A stretch of DNA of 63,010 nucleotides, the filler included, from Collodictyon triciliatum (Eukaryota), in assembly GCA_043381765.1 (NCBI GenBank). It is 5 parts of 5 records of this genome, joined end to end, with 100 filler letters (N's around TTAATTAATTAA, not from the genome) between each part and the next. Parts side by side here need not be neighbours in the genome. Positions count along the whole stretch, not along the records: positions 11,801 to 23,940 come from JBHJMP010000479.1; positions 24,041 to 35,396 come from JBHJMP010000481.1; 3 more parts are not named here. One strand, 5' to 3'. Every line of letters starts with the position of its first letter. Positions within the stretch are counted from its first letter, which is position 1. A program made the position numbers and the translations under genes. The notes under the pieces are model-generated. The model was not told where the DNA came from and ran no database searches. It worked only from the letters and a program-made list of their open reading frames with translations. Of this stretch, positions 12,339 through 24,200 are shown one piece after another.

Positions 12339-14835
12339 TCATTGCCATTGCTCATACCCATCGGCGCTGTAGTATCTCCCTCGGCGGCGGCGGCTTCTCT
12401 TGTTCAATACGTAATAATTCAGCCCCACAGAAATCATGACCACCGAGACAATACCTGCCGCAGATGCCACGATAATTGTAATTTTGTTTATCTTGTCGTT
12501 CTTGTTTGACTTGTCTTCTTTCTTTGAGTCTGAACACCCACTGCCGAGACTCACTGGTGAATTTTCGTTTTTGGTCATGCTTAGGACATGTAAATCCCTC
12601 ATGACCAGTGCTTCGCAGCAAACATCGTTGACAAATTGGTCTCCAATCTCATCACCTGAATTGGTGTTGCTGCTCAGTATTTGAATGGAGATTGGGATGC
12701 TATTTGACTCAGTCTTTGTCGTCTGAGAAATCTCCAGTTGCCAATCAGTCAAGTTGTAGGTTTTTGAAAGGGTGTCGATGAACACATTCTCGTCTACGTC
12801 TCCATACTTTTTATCGATGAAAAAAGTTACACACGTGTAAACACGAGAATCTGCAAGAAATCTTGGTTACAACGACATTACACAAAATATGTAAACTGTA
12901 GAAAAAGATATGCGGTGTCCTTTATACTAAAGTAATTGCTTGGTATCAAATAATAAACAAATATTGTCGTTACATCTTAGCATCTAATCAAGCTGCTTTT
13001 AAAAAATGTGTTGCATAAACTCATGAGATAAAGAGAACAAACCGTAAAAATAAACGGAGCCGGTCACATCACCAGAAATCATATCCATCGGGGCACCTAC
13101 GGCGACTAGCTGCGAATTAATCAAGACGCTTTTTGCAAACCCGTCATAGATCGATGCAGCTGATTCTGAATTCAGCTGCTTTACTAGCATCCATGTGTCA
13201 TCTATCTTATTGAAAACATACGCCGACCCACTTACACCATTGGCTTCGTTCCCAATATCCCCGACTATCATGGAACTGCCATATACGGAAACAGAAGACC
13301 CGAAGTTTTGTGGTCTCTTGGGGTTATTTATCCCGCTTTCGAGCAAAGGATATAAAACCTCGCTAAAGTTCCAATCCTCAAGCCCTCCTTCATAAGGCTT
13401 TCCATATTCAAAAATATAAACTGCTCCTACTGGTTCAATTGGCCCTCCACTTATCACAGACTTTGGTGTCCCGATGGCAATAATGTTGATGTGTAAACAT
13501 ATGTAGGTGCCAAACATATCTTGCTTTGCTCCGTAAGGATGAAATATGAATGCCTCACGTCGCCACATTTGTCTTTCGTTTGGTCGGTATATGTAAACAG
13601 CGCCTTCTTCTCCACTATTTCTGAATAAGCTGATAGCTAATCTATCCATATACATGGAAATAGATATTCCTAGATTAATTGCTGTGGTTGAAACCCCGTC
13701 GTCAATGTATGACTTGTAAGACCATATTGCTCTCCCATCGACATGTGTGCGATAAAAAAGCTCTACCCGACCTTTGTTAGAATTAATCCATGGCCCGCTG
13801 ATAGACATCCAATCACCTTGTGCGGCAATCCCCCATCCAAAATAGTCACCTTCTGTTATGTTAAGAGACCCGCGAGTTATGACAGAATTAAATTCAAACG
13901 AGTCCTGAGGTTTTATGTCAAATATGTATACCGCTCCTCTATTTCGATTGCTTCCTGGTGCACCAATAAGAAGAAGCTCTTCATTAATGTAAACACTGAA
14001 ACCAAATAGCGAACTGCTTGTCTCTCCATACTCTCTTCCTTCAATTCTTTGAATCCAATACCAATCCCCGTTAAAGGCTCCTAAAGAACTCTTTCTTTTG
14101 TGTATGTCAACGAATCCTCCGATATCACTTTCATTCACCCCGACTTTACCTTGTGCTCCACATATGAAGTATTGTGAATTTGCCCCAATGCCTCTTGAAT
14201 CACCCAGATAGTTGACGGGTTCACTTCGGTTTGCGTACTTGAATGCTTTGAGGAAAAGAAACCGTTCGTATATGTATAGTTTTAAAAAAATCGGTCGTTT
14301 AATTACACATAACAGAGTGAAAAAAAAAACCATGATACTGCTACATTCAAAACTTGGGCACCAATTAATCCGCAAGGCTTTCTTTTTTTCTTTTTTTTCT
14401 TTTTTTTCTTTTTTTCTTTTTTTCTTTTTTTCTTTTTTTCTTTTTTTCTTTTTTTCTTTTTTTCTTTTTTTCTTTTTNNNNNNNNNNNNNNNNNNNNNNN
14501 NNNNNNNNNNNNNNNNNNNNNNNNNNNNNNNNNNNNNNNNNNNNNNNNNNNNNNNNNNNNNNNNNNNNNNNNNNNNNTTTCTTTTTTTCTTTTTTTCTTT
14601 TTTTCTTTTTTTCTTTTTTTCTTTTTTTCTTTTTTTCTTTTTTTCTTTTTTTCTTTTTTTCTTTTTATGTTGAAAAAGGGAGAAGAAACTTACAGTACTC
14701 GATCCGCGCATAGTCTGTTCTGTCCATCACCGGAAGGCAATTGATCGATCTAGGCAGACACAAGGCGACCACAAGGAGCACAAGAGAGCCGCCCAAAGGG
14801 GTACGCCAGACTATATGCCACGACTTGATTGCCAT
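12339..14835 (-). CDS. FG-GAP repeat (integrin-alpha-like beta-propeller) type I membrane protein
   Basis: Three visible exons (~14835-14694, ~14250-13041, 12850-12339). Signal peptide MAIKSW..SLVLLVVALCLP. Repeats FGFSVYI..LLIGAPG..GAVYIF, FGSSVSV..VGDIG..GSAYVF and VAVGAP..GSVYFY. TM helix ITIIVASAAGIVSVVMISVGLNYYVL followed by a basic tail. Confidence 0.85.
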
Positions 14836-15595
14836 AGACCGAGAATAAAGAAGAAAAGAAAGCCGCCCTGGGATTGTCTTGAACTATGTTTTGCGCACTG
14901 GATTCAAAGCAAAATGACATGTTAGGCATTTTCGATCTTCCTGCACATCTCCAAGGCAGGACGAAGCTGTCACGAGCGTTGCTTGCTGTTTGTCAGATCT
15001 CGAAGAGCGCACTGGAAAAGAAAGAACGGAGGGCAGAAAGCGCAGCGAAGAAGCAGAATTCGAATGGTATATCATAATTGGAATTTATAATTAATACTTA
15101 TTAGATGCTCAATATATAATATTAAAGTATATATACATGGTTAATTATATTCATAATTATAATTTAATGTGAAAACCCCCCTTTAACTTGTTCCTCTGCG
15201 TTGATAGATCCGTGGCCGTGCTTTTGACTGCGGTTTTATGCACAGGCCAACAGCGCCAACTGATGCGATAAAGGAAGCGGCCGGCTTGCGTCCCTCCTAA
15301 CTCCCTGGGACGTTGAACTGCAGCGCAGTAACTCGAGAAATATCTGCTCTGAGTCCGCGGAGGTGTGGTTTTGGATTTCTTTCCGGCTACTCCCTTCCCT
15401 TTATTTTTGCTTCGGTAGTCTTTTCTGTTGCCGATCGGCTCTCTCTGGCCTTTATTGGTTCGTTGCCTGATGCTGGATGGCTGTTTGTTTTTGCTGGGAA
15501 AGCTTGTTCTCTGGGGTTGTCCATGGTCGGCAAACATAGGAGCTGAAGAGAAGAAAACTGACTCTATCAACACAGACAGTATATCATAAAATAAT

Positions 15596-17570
15596 ATGGG
15601 CTGCGATGACGGGAATATCCAGTGGATGTACACAGTGTTCGGCGACTGCGTAAGGCCTCTTCTTTTTAACAACTCACCCAGCACTCTTTCCTTCTGCTTA
15701 CACCTTAATTCCGTGTAAAAAGAAGTTTCTACAGGCCTAAAATTGTGAGAGTCACATATTATTCTTATTCGAAGGTTTACAACGCACGGGACGTTGCAAG
15801 CTTCGTGATTGGCTTGATCTCTCTAGTTTGCTGGATAGTTGTCGGCTGGCCGTGAGTTTATTACCTTTTACTGTCTCTTTGTTTCCTTCTGAAAAGAATA
15901 ATTTTAGGCCTTAAGAACTGTGAAACATTGTTTTCCTTTTTCTTTTTCTTTTTCTTTTTCTTTTTCTTTTTCTTTTTCTTTTTCTTTTTCTTTTTCTTTT
16001 AAACTCCTATTTATCATCTAAATGCCAAGTTTTGTCGAATAAATCATGCTTCCCCTCGCCCCATCAGGCAAATGAGAGACAATTATATCAACCAATCTGG
16101 AGAATCTGTCAGTGTTTCTTTCTTGCTTTTTTGGGGTGTTGGGGACGTGACAAATGTGATTGGGTGTATCCTGACTGAAGCCTTACCAACTCAGGTTTCT
16201 CCTCTGTTTCAGATTCTTTACTCGATAGATATGATATGGATACCTTGAAGCATCTATATCCCACATAATCGTCGTGAAGTAAAACCAATCCTCTTTTAAC
16301 CAAACCTGTAGCTCTTCATCGCCATCTGGTACTGTGTCACCGCGGCCATCCTAATATTCCAGGTTTACTACTATCGCTGGCGGACGTACGTCAAGCTAAC
16401 CAAAGGGGTTAGGATTAACGATGATAGCAGCGCAAGGAGCAGTGCTGCACTGCCTTTTGCACCAATCATTTTATTTTCAGTGGTATTTTTGTGGAATAAC
16501 CCACTAATTGAATTAATCCTGGGATCAAATGGCCAAGAGAAGGGCTTTTCCTCTCGGAGTTTGTTATCGGTGATGGCTGCTTCTTTAATCCATTATTATT
16601 GTTTTAAAAATTCCATTGTTACATACTTGGCTCTTCCCAGAAAGAATATATGACTTCTTTGAATAGATGCTACTTTTTTTGTTTCCAATTTAGAAAAAAA
16701 AAACTTTCTTAGTACTGTATCCACATTTCATTCTTAATTCACCGGTCTACAGTTTAATGGAGTGTTCTCTGGTGCCGGGTCTACAGGAGATGATTCTGAT
16801 GACGATATCGGCCTCATCATGGGCTGGATATCTGCTTTCTTTTATGTTTCATCCAGGATACCACAGATTTACAAAAACGTAATACATCTTCATACCTTAT
16901 TCAAATGTATGAATTTTTTGACTTACATTAAACTCTTCAGTCGGGAGGTTCGTGCCTTCAAATAACTAACTCTCATATTTATAATTCTTTCTAATTGCAT
17001 AGTACCAATCAAAATCTACAGAGGTAATCACTCTTCTGAAATATTGGACGATGTTGTCTTGAGTACATTTTTTGAAAGAAAGAAGGAAAAGAAACCTTGA
17101 AATCTTCTACAGAGAAATACAAATGATGGCAGGTGCTGATTTGTACCTAAACCAGGGTTTGTCACTTACCATGTTCATGTTCTGTTTGCTGGGAAATATC
17201 ACATACGCCGTATCTATATTTTTGCGCGACCTCACCTCGGATTACATCAACACCCAACTTCCTTGGGTAATTGGCAGGTAAAACTATATATAAGTCGTTG
17301 CGTAAGCCTCAATTACAATGCAGCAAATGAATTTAATAATCCTTTTTGAATACTAATTTCACTTCTGAAAATTCGAAAGCTTGGGGACACTCGGATTCGA
17401 TGCATTTGTATCCTTTTAAAAAAAAAGAAACGTAAGACAAGTTATCCCAATATATTTGAAACCCGACTGGTTTTTGAAGTAGAAAATGCCCTTCACCCAG
17501 CGTTCAGATATACCTCCAGTTTAGATGGTATACCCCAACCACGTACCAGGCTGTTCCTACCTCCGACTAG
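15596..17570 (+). CDS. SLC66A1: PQ-loop lysosomal cationic amino-acid transporter (PQLC2/SLC66A1/Ypq-like)
   Basis: Spliced product MGCDDGNIQWMYTVFGDC-VYNARD..WIVVGW-PQ-MRDNY..GDVTNVIGC..PTQ. Second loop SSRIPQIYKN-YQSKSTEGLS..GNITYAVSI..LPWVIGSLGTLGFDAF-IYLQF. Stop TAG at 17568-17570. Confidence 0.88.
17408..17507 (+). other. U12-type (minor spliceosome) GT-AG intron
   Basis: 5' splice site GTATCCTTTT. Branch-like CCCTTCAC about 11 nt upstream of the CAG acceptor. No polypyrimidine tract. Removal restores the frame FDAF|IYLQF. Confidence 0.8.
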
Positions 17571-18057
17571 CACAAATAAATAATTGAATAAATAAACCCC
17601 TGGATTTCTACTCTGGATGCCCACTCAACAAGCTACAATCAAATGAATCAAATTTTAGCATCACTAATTATGACGCAAAGTCTGAAGTTTCACTGCCTGT
17701 AGTGCGAGCAGTGATAAGATTATACTCGACCATAATGCATCTCTGTAGGCTTTCCCCTCTGTAAATCGTAATCCCCGGCCCCGACCTGGACCTCGCAATC
17801 CTAGCCAATTTTCTTGTCTGTGCTGCAAAAGAACCACCAACAACCCCCAGAACCAAAGTATTTTGGAAATTATTTTTCCAGAAATAAAGAATTTCATTGA
17901 AATGTTAGTCCTTAATTTTTTTTCCTTCAATTGGAGCCCCAGCGCTTGGCGATTGTTTTTCCCTTTTAGCCACAACCTCTCTTTCCTCGCATCCTATCGT
18001 GTCTATCGGCGCCAGCTTGCACAGAAGCACTAATCGACCAGAACTTCGAGTATCACC

Positions 18058-18980
18058 ATGAGGTAAGGCCAATCCAGTCATATCAACTGTGTGCCGCATC
18101 CACGCCCCAACGGGTTTCATGCCTGACACTGAACATCCCACCCACCAAAATGCAGCAAGATCTCTTCCGAATCCCTCCGCAACAGCATCAAGACTCTCAT
18201 TGAAGAGTCCAAGACCGCCAAGCGCCCCTTCGTCGAGACCATTGAGCTCCAAATCGGCCTCAAGAACTACGACACCCAGAAGGACAAGCGTTTCTCCGGA
18301 CAGGTAGGAGCCGACACATTCGGACCATTGCTTGAGTGTGTCGCAGCAACATTTACCAACAAGACCACTGATCGGCTGTCTCCCTCCTTAAGGTCCGCCT
18401 TCCGTACACCCCTCGCCCCCGCCTCTCCGTCTGCGTCCTCGGAGATGCTGCCCACAACGACGAGGCCACCAAGCAGGGAATCCCCAACATGAGCGTCGAT
18501 GACCTTAAGAAGCTCAACAAGAACAAGAAGCTCATCAAGAAGCTCGGTTAGTGCCCCTTACAGCTCGTCCCACTCCACTCCGTGCTCAAGCACAACCTTC
18601 TCTGGCAGAGCGCTGACCTCCCACGTCCCCACTTAGCCGCCAAGTACGATGCCTTCCTGGCCTCTGATGCCGTCCTTAAGCAAATTCCCCGTGTTCTGGG
18701 CCCCGGTCTCAACAAGGCTGGTAAGTTCCCTGCCCTCCTCGGAGCCAGCGACAACATGCAGGACAAGATCAACGAAGTCCGCTCCACTGTCAAGCTGCAG
18801 CTTAAGAAGGTGCTCTGCATGGGTGTTGCTGTTGGAAACGTCAACCTCTCTGAGCAGGAAGTCTTCACCAACGTCCAGATGACTGTCAACTTCTTGGTCT
18901 CCCTCCTCAAGAAGAACTGGCAAAACATCCGCTCCCTCCACATCAAGTCCACCCAGGGCCGTCCCTTCCGCATCTACTAA
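18058..18980 (+). CDS. RPL10A: 60S ribosomal protein L10a (uL1)
   Basis: Four exons: [105 protein letters not shown]. Strong C-ending codon bias. Confidence 0.98.
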
Positions 18981-19768
18981 GAGGTGTTGCTGTAGCCCTT
19001 GTGTAGAGTCCTGCTGGTCTTTGCAGAGGATGGTGTCGCTTCTCTTCAGTTACTCTTAAAAGAAAAGATACCCTCTTCCATGACTACAACTTTTAAGACA
19101 TTTCATTGTAATCCTGTAATTTGCTTGTATTCCATATATCCCTGATTTTGATAGAGAGGAGTAATTTACTGTCGTATGAAATTCAAGCGCAAAGATAATA
19201 CCATCACACACGATAACTGAGAAACTGAAATGGAAACAGTGGCACCAAGGCTTCCCTCGAGCATCTGCACTTGCCACCCACTCTCACACGCCCAGAAGCT
19301 CAATCTTGGGTCCCAGAGTCAGGGAGCGAGTTGTCGGTGTCGCCGAGGCGAAGTCATTTGGGAGCTTGTCAGAGACAGTAAAATCCTTTCGCGTCATTAT
19401 CTCGTCTCCCTCCTCTTCTCTCTGCAACCTGTACCTTTGCTCAACTCCCTACCACGACCTTCCAGCCCCGGCAAGAGGTCTCATGTGCTATACACTGTCT
19501 CAGCAACTCACGCCAACTGTAGCTCATTGTCACGCTTCACATATATTTTCACGAGTCTCACTGAATGTAGACCAGTTGCCAGTGTTCCGCCTCGTATCGA
19601 CACATATATCACCTGCCTAGCCTGGATTCGCGTTTGGTATTTATGGCTAAATATGCGACTAAGCGTGGGGAAGGACGTATTGTGAAAGTGACGGGAGGAA
19701 CCATCGCCCTTACAAATAATGTCGAAAAGGGATAAGGGAATATAGAGTTGGCGAGAAAGGCGCGGAGC

Positions 19769-21504
19769 TTAGCCAGTCTTTGACCAGACCTTGCCGTAGG
19801 GTGAATACTCTTGCTGCTTGGGCAGTGAGTGAGCCTGATTCGAAGAAGGGGGAAGAAAAAAAAGTTTAGGAGGTTGCTGATGCATCAAGGGTATTTGTTC
19901 CCTTGTGAATGCTTGGTGTGGATCAAGCTGATGAGAGTATGTCTTACGTGTTGGAGATATGCAGCATTGGATTTGAGAGCAGGTAGAATCCGCCTGGTTG
20001 CATCCATCAAAGAGGGTTAGGGTGGCGCAAGTTATCAAGAATACTCTCAAACTTCCCAAAAGCACAGAGCACGATGTGCAAGTGAGTAATGCTGGGTATG
20101 TGCGTATTTGTCGTCAATGAAATGGCAATTGCAGTGGGATACATCCGTACCTTCTTGCGTTGATAAACCAGTTATTTATCTGACCGAGAGACAAGGAGGT
20201 CTGGTCCATGAGGCCCTGCTTCTCTTCGTCGGTCGGGTAAGGATAGGTCAAGTGGCCTCCAAGCCAGTTTTTGAGGACATAGGTCGCGCCCTTTGGTAGA
20301 TTTCCACGGCGCTTTTTCCCTGCAACGGAGGACCGACGAACAGCAGTGTCAGCAGGAAATCCGATGAAAGAAAAAAAAAAGAATAAAGATGTGTCCTTCG
20401 CAGTTTAGGCAGTTGCAGAAGGGAAATTATTATGGGGAAATGGAAAGAGGGGAGGATGGTCTCACCAGAGTTGGGATTGTATTCACCAACTTCGTCTTCA
20501 CTGTCTGAAAGAATTTCGCCCTGGTTGGATGGGATAATCTTGACCGGGTCGTGCATGCTTGCTCTGGGCTTTCCAAACTCTGCGGTTGAACAGAGCCAGT
20601 CACTTCCCAATGGAATTACGTGCGGCAGTATACACAACGCGGTGTAATTTGGTGGCCACAGATGAAGCAAATATACACATATGGAAAAAATGAAATGAAG
20701 GAGAAGAAAGGCGTATATGGACACAAGGAATCCATAGACGGCTGGCAACGCGAGACTCCGTACAAACCTGTGACTATGGAGCAGTACTTGACAGGAGCAG
20801 GCTCATGCTTCCAGGCCTTGGGCAGCTCAGCATCGATGTCGACAGCCCTGGAGGAGTAGAGGACGAGGGAGCAACCCGATCAGGCATGAGTGCGCACCAA
20901 CCCCATAAGGCATGAATGCGCAAAAGGAGGGGTGAAAGGGTGTCTGTGTGTCGGGTGTCGCACCTGCGCTTGGCGGGGAGGAGCGGGAGCGGGAGCGGGT
21001 CGGTGAGGAGGAGTTGGGGTCTGTGGAGGAGGGTGCCGTCGGGGGCGGCGTTTGCGGAGCCGAGGGAGGAGCTGCGGGAGGGGATCAGCGGGGCGTCGGG
21101 GTCGGCGGCGAGGGGGTGCGGCTGGGGGCGGGGGGCGCTGCGGGAGGGAGCGGTGAGAGGAGAGGAGAGAAGACAAGAGAAGAGAAGACAAGAGAAGACA
21201 AGAGAAGAGAAGAGAAGAGAAGAGCAAAGGAGACGCACAGGGCCGTCGAGGGCGGGCGCGGCGCAGGCAGCCTCGGGCGGGCCATGGGATCCGGCTCCAG
21301 CGTGGCAACGGGCGGCCTCGGGCGGGGCGGGGCGGCGGTCGCAGAGGGCTTCGGCACTGGCAGGGGCGGAGGAGCCCACGTAGCGGCGGACAGCGAGTCC
21401 AGCAGGGCCCGCAGGGGCGGAAGCACGGGCTGGCTCTGCGCGTGGCTCCCCGGCTGTGGCTGTCCTTCGCTTGCGACAGAGTCCGACGACGTCGACGACG
21501 ACAT
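19769..21504 (-). CDS. TALE-class homeodomain transcription factor (TGIF/Cup9-like) with Pro/Ser-rich N-terminus
   Basis: Exon ~20320-20151 encodes KKRRGNLPKGATYVLKNWLGGHLTYPYPTDEEKQGLMDQTSLSLGQINNWFINAR. The next exon continues RRILP. PYP loop extension present. The probable last exon ends GKVWSKTG* at 19769. Confidence 0.92.
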
Positions 21505-21611
21505 GTCTGTCTGTTTTCCTTCTCTTTCGGGGAGGGGCGGTTTGCGTTGGCCTTGCTTGTGTTTGAGCGAATTTTGGTTGGCCTTAGAGCGAAGCGAGTT
21601 GTTTGGTTTTC

Positions 21612-21715
21612 TTTTGTTTTGGTTTGGTTTGGTTTGTTTGGTTTGGTTTGTTTTGTTTTGTTTTGTTTTGTTTTGTTTTGTTTTGTTTTGTTTTGTTTTG
21701 TTTTGTTTTGTTTTG

Positions 21716-21745
<30 letters not shown>
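21612..21745. repeat. (TTTGG)n/(TTTTG)n microsatellite upstream of homeobox ATG
   Basis: Direct reading. Confidence 0.9.
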
Positions 21746-21746
<1 letters not shown>

Positions 21747-23158
21747 TCTATTTGAAGGGAAAATGTGTGGCAGGCAGGACGTGTGGGCGATCGCCTATGC
21801 GACCGCGGGCGGCCAGGGTGAGGATGGGGAAATCCTTCACGGAAAAACATGCGCCTGTGCTGTCTGGCGTGTTTCTGTCGGGCGGAAGTGAAACAAAAGG
21901 GCAGCAATTTTTGAAATTGGATTTAGGTTGTGCCCGCATTTATTTTTAGAATAGAGGACTCGTGGAAGGGGGACGCATGCGGATGCATTCTGCGAATGTG
22001 TCTGGTCTGTGTCCATTCCGCCCGCTGGGTTATTTGACTTTTTTTTTGGCTTCCTTGAAGCATTATTGAATAGGCGTGCCTTAAGGTTGTTGCCCGTGCT
22101 TGGAAATTACCCGGCTGAATGGTGTCTTTCTTTTTTTGGAACATTCTGGATGAGGAAATGACGTCAAAACTGGCGTCTGCTTGGCCACTCGTCTTTCGAC
22201 ACGACTGCCGGTGATTTTTTTGGTTCTTGTCGAAGACAGATTGCAACATCGACGACGGCCTTGGCACTTGTGACGTTTGTGATAGCTCGATTTCTTACAC
22301 AAGAAATTGTTGTTTCTTATACATATGCGTGCAATAACACAAATATGAGCCGTAATATTATTCTAGCATAATTAAGCGCCCATTATGATTTTTAACTATG
22401 TATTATTTAAATTCCAAATTTGTGTATGCATTATAGGTGCAAATATTCAAATATTCAAGCATTCAAGCATTCTTGCATTCTCGCAGCCCTCTTGCTCGGA
22501 ACCAATGAGGCGGTGGATTCTATAGTTGCGGGTGAGCGAAAGGACGAATCACGGCGTTGCGCTTTGATCAAAGGGCAACCTTGCTTCGCCCACCACATAA
22601 AGAGACGATAAGGTACGGTACGGAGGCCTTGGCCACCGCAGGACACGAAGCTCTCGTAACTTCGTTTAGCTCCAAACAGTGGTGTGATGCCTTCTACTTT
22701 GACCACAACGCACCCACCCAGGCATCGCACACCAATGGCTTCCTCTTCCTCGCCTCACTCGCCAAAGCCAGCGCGTTAAGCTGTGTCCCTGCTCTCTTTC
22801 GTTGCTTGTTTGCTTCCTTCTTTTTTTTCGATCGGCTGTGGTTGTCTTTGAGTCCACCCGTTTTTGCGGATACACGCGTCACATTGGAGTTATTTCCCTC
22901 TGGGGTAGCAGAAATGGCTTTGATTATCCAAGAGCGCCTTTGTAATACGATAGGCATTTTAAGCAACGCGGAGCATTCTTGCTGTTGCTTTACATCGTTC
23001 TCTCTTCCTCACTCCCCTCCTATTTTTTTTTTAAAAAAAATTGGTTTCGCTTTCTTTATGGCCTTGGTTAAAGTAAGAAAATCTGTCGTGTATAAAATGA
23101 TGCACATAGACCTCACATAGCAACATTTCCTTCTAGTACCTGGCCAAATAAACAACAA

Positions 23159-23732
23159 ATGGTTGGCCTAACGGAGGGCCAAAAGCTTGAGTTGAAAAAG
23201 TACTCTTTGCTTTTAGCTGAGCTTCGGCAAAAGAATCTGTCCAACAAAGGAAAGGCTAAACTTGCTCAGTTCGGTGCTATATTTCAAGAGCTGGATGAGA
23301 AAGGATACGTGGATTTGATTCCGGTTACATGCCTCTCTTCTCCCTCCCCTTTCTCCCTTTTCGTTTTGTTTAAATACCTCATGTTCCTTCTTCGTTCCGG
23401 GTTACATATACCATTTCTTTAGATAGTTCCCTATAAATTATTTATTCATTTAATTGTATTAGGATTATTCTCCTATTTTCTTTCCTTTCAACTTTTCGTA
23501 TTTGCCTTGAGGCATCACGAACATTTATTGCCTCCTTAATTTTATGCCATGATTTATAGAAGTGGTATTATGATTTGACATTGGTTATCTGAGCATATCT
23601 ATAGGCTTTCTGCGAATTTCGATGATAATCTTTTCTAAACTGCATTTCTCATAGCTGCTTTCGAAATCCCTCATAGAAATAACATATGACCGAGCCAGCC
23701 AAAAGATACAAAAATTACTCCCGATCCCTGAG
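23159..23732 (+). CDS. Uncharacterised ORF fragment (two exons, 3' end not resolved)
   Basis: ATG at 23159 gives MVGLTEGQKLELKKY..GYVDLIP. A phase-0 splice to 23655 gives LLSKSLIEITYDRASQKIQKLLPIPE, then a GT donor before the linker gap. Confidence 0.5.
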
Positions 23733-23858
23733 GTCAATCCCTGCCATGTATCATCCCTGAATTTTAAATATTTAATGTAAGCGATGGATCTGAATACTAA
23801 CTTTCTTTTACGCACAACAGTTCTTATCAAAGCTAGCTTCTATCCAAGTAGGGGTCTT

Positions 23859-23859
<1 letters not shown>

Positions 23860-23940
<81 letters not shown>
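23860..23940. repeat. (AAT)n microsatellite
   Basis: Direct reading. Confidence 0.95.
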
Positions 23941-24040
23941 NNNNNNNNNNNNNNNNNNNNNNNNNNNNNNNNNNNNNNNNNNNNTTAATTAATTAANNNN
24001 NNNNNNNNNNNNNNNNNNNNNNNNNNNNNNNNNNNNNNNN
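23941..24040. other. Artificial assembly linker (N44-TTAATTAATTAA-N44)
   Basis: Same construct as at 11701. Confidence 0.95.
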
Positions 24041-24200
24041 TTTTTTTGTTTTTTTTTTGTCTTTTTTTGTCTTTTTTGTCTTTTTTTGTCTTTTTTTGTC
24101 TTTTTTGTCTTTTTTGTCTTTTTTGTTTTTTGTTTTTTACTGTCTTTTATGGTCTTTTCGACAATGTTTGAAATCAATTACACCTACCAGGTAATCCGCA

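Noticed and set aside
20774-21949. Overlapping long ORFs on both strands
   Set aside because: These are shadow ORFs caused by high GC in the homeobox 5' exons.
22686-22700. GCCTTCTAC resembling U5 snRNA loop 1
   Set aside because: It mismatches the invariant GCCUUUUAC, and there is no proper closing stem or Sm site.
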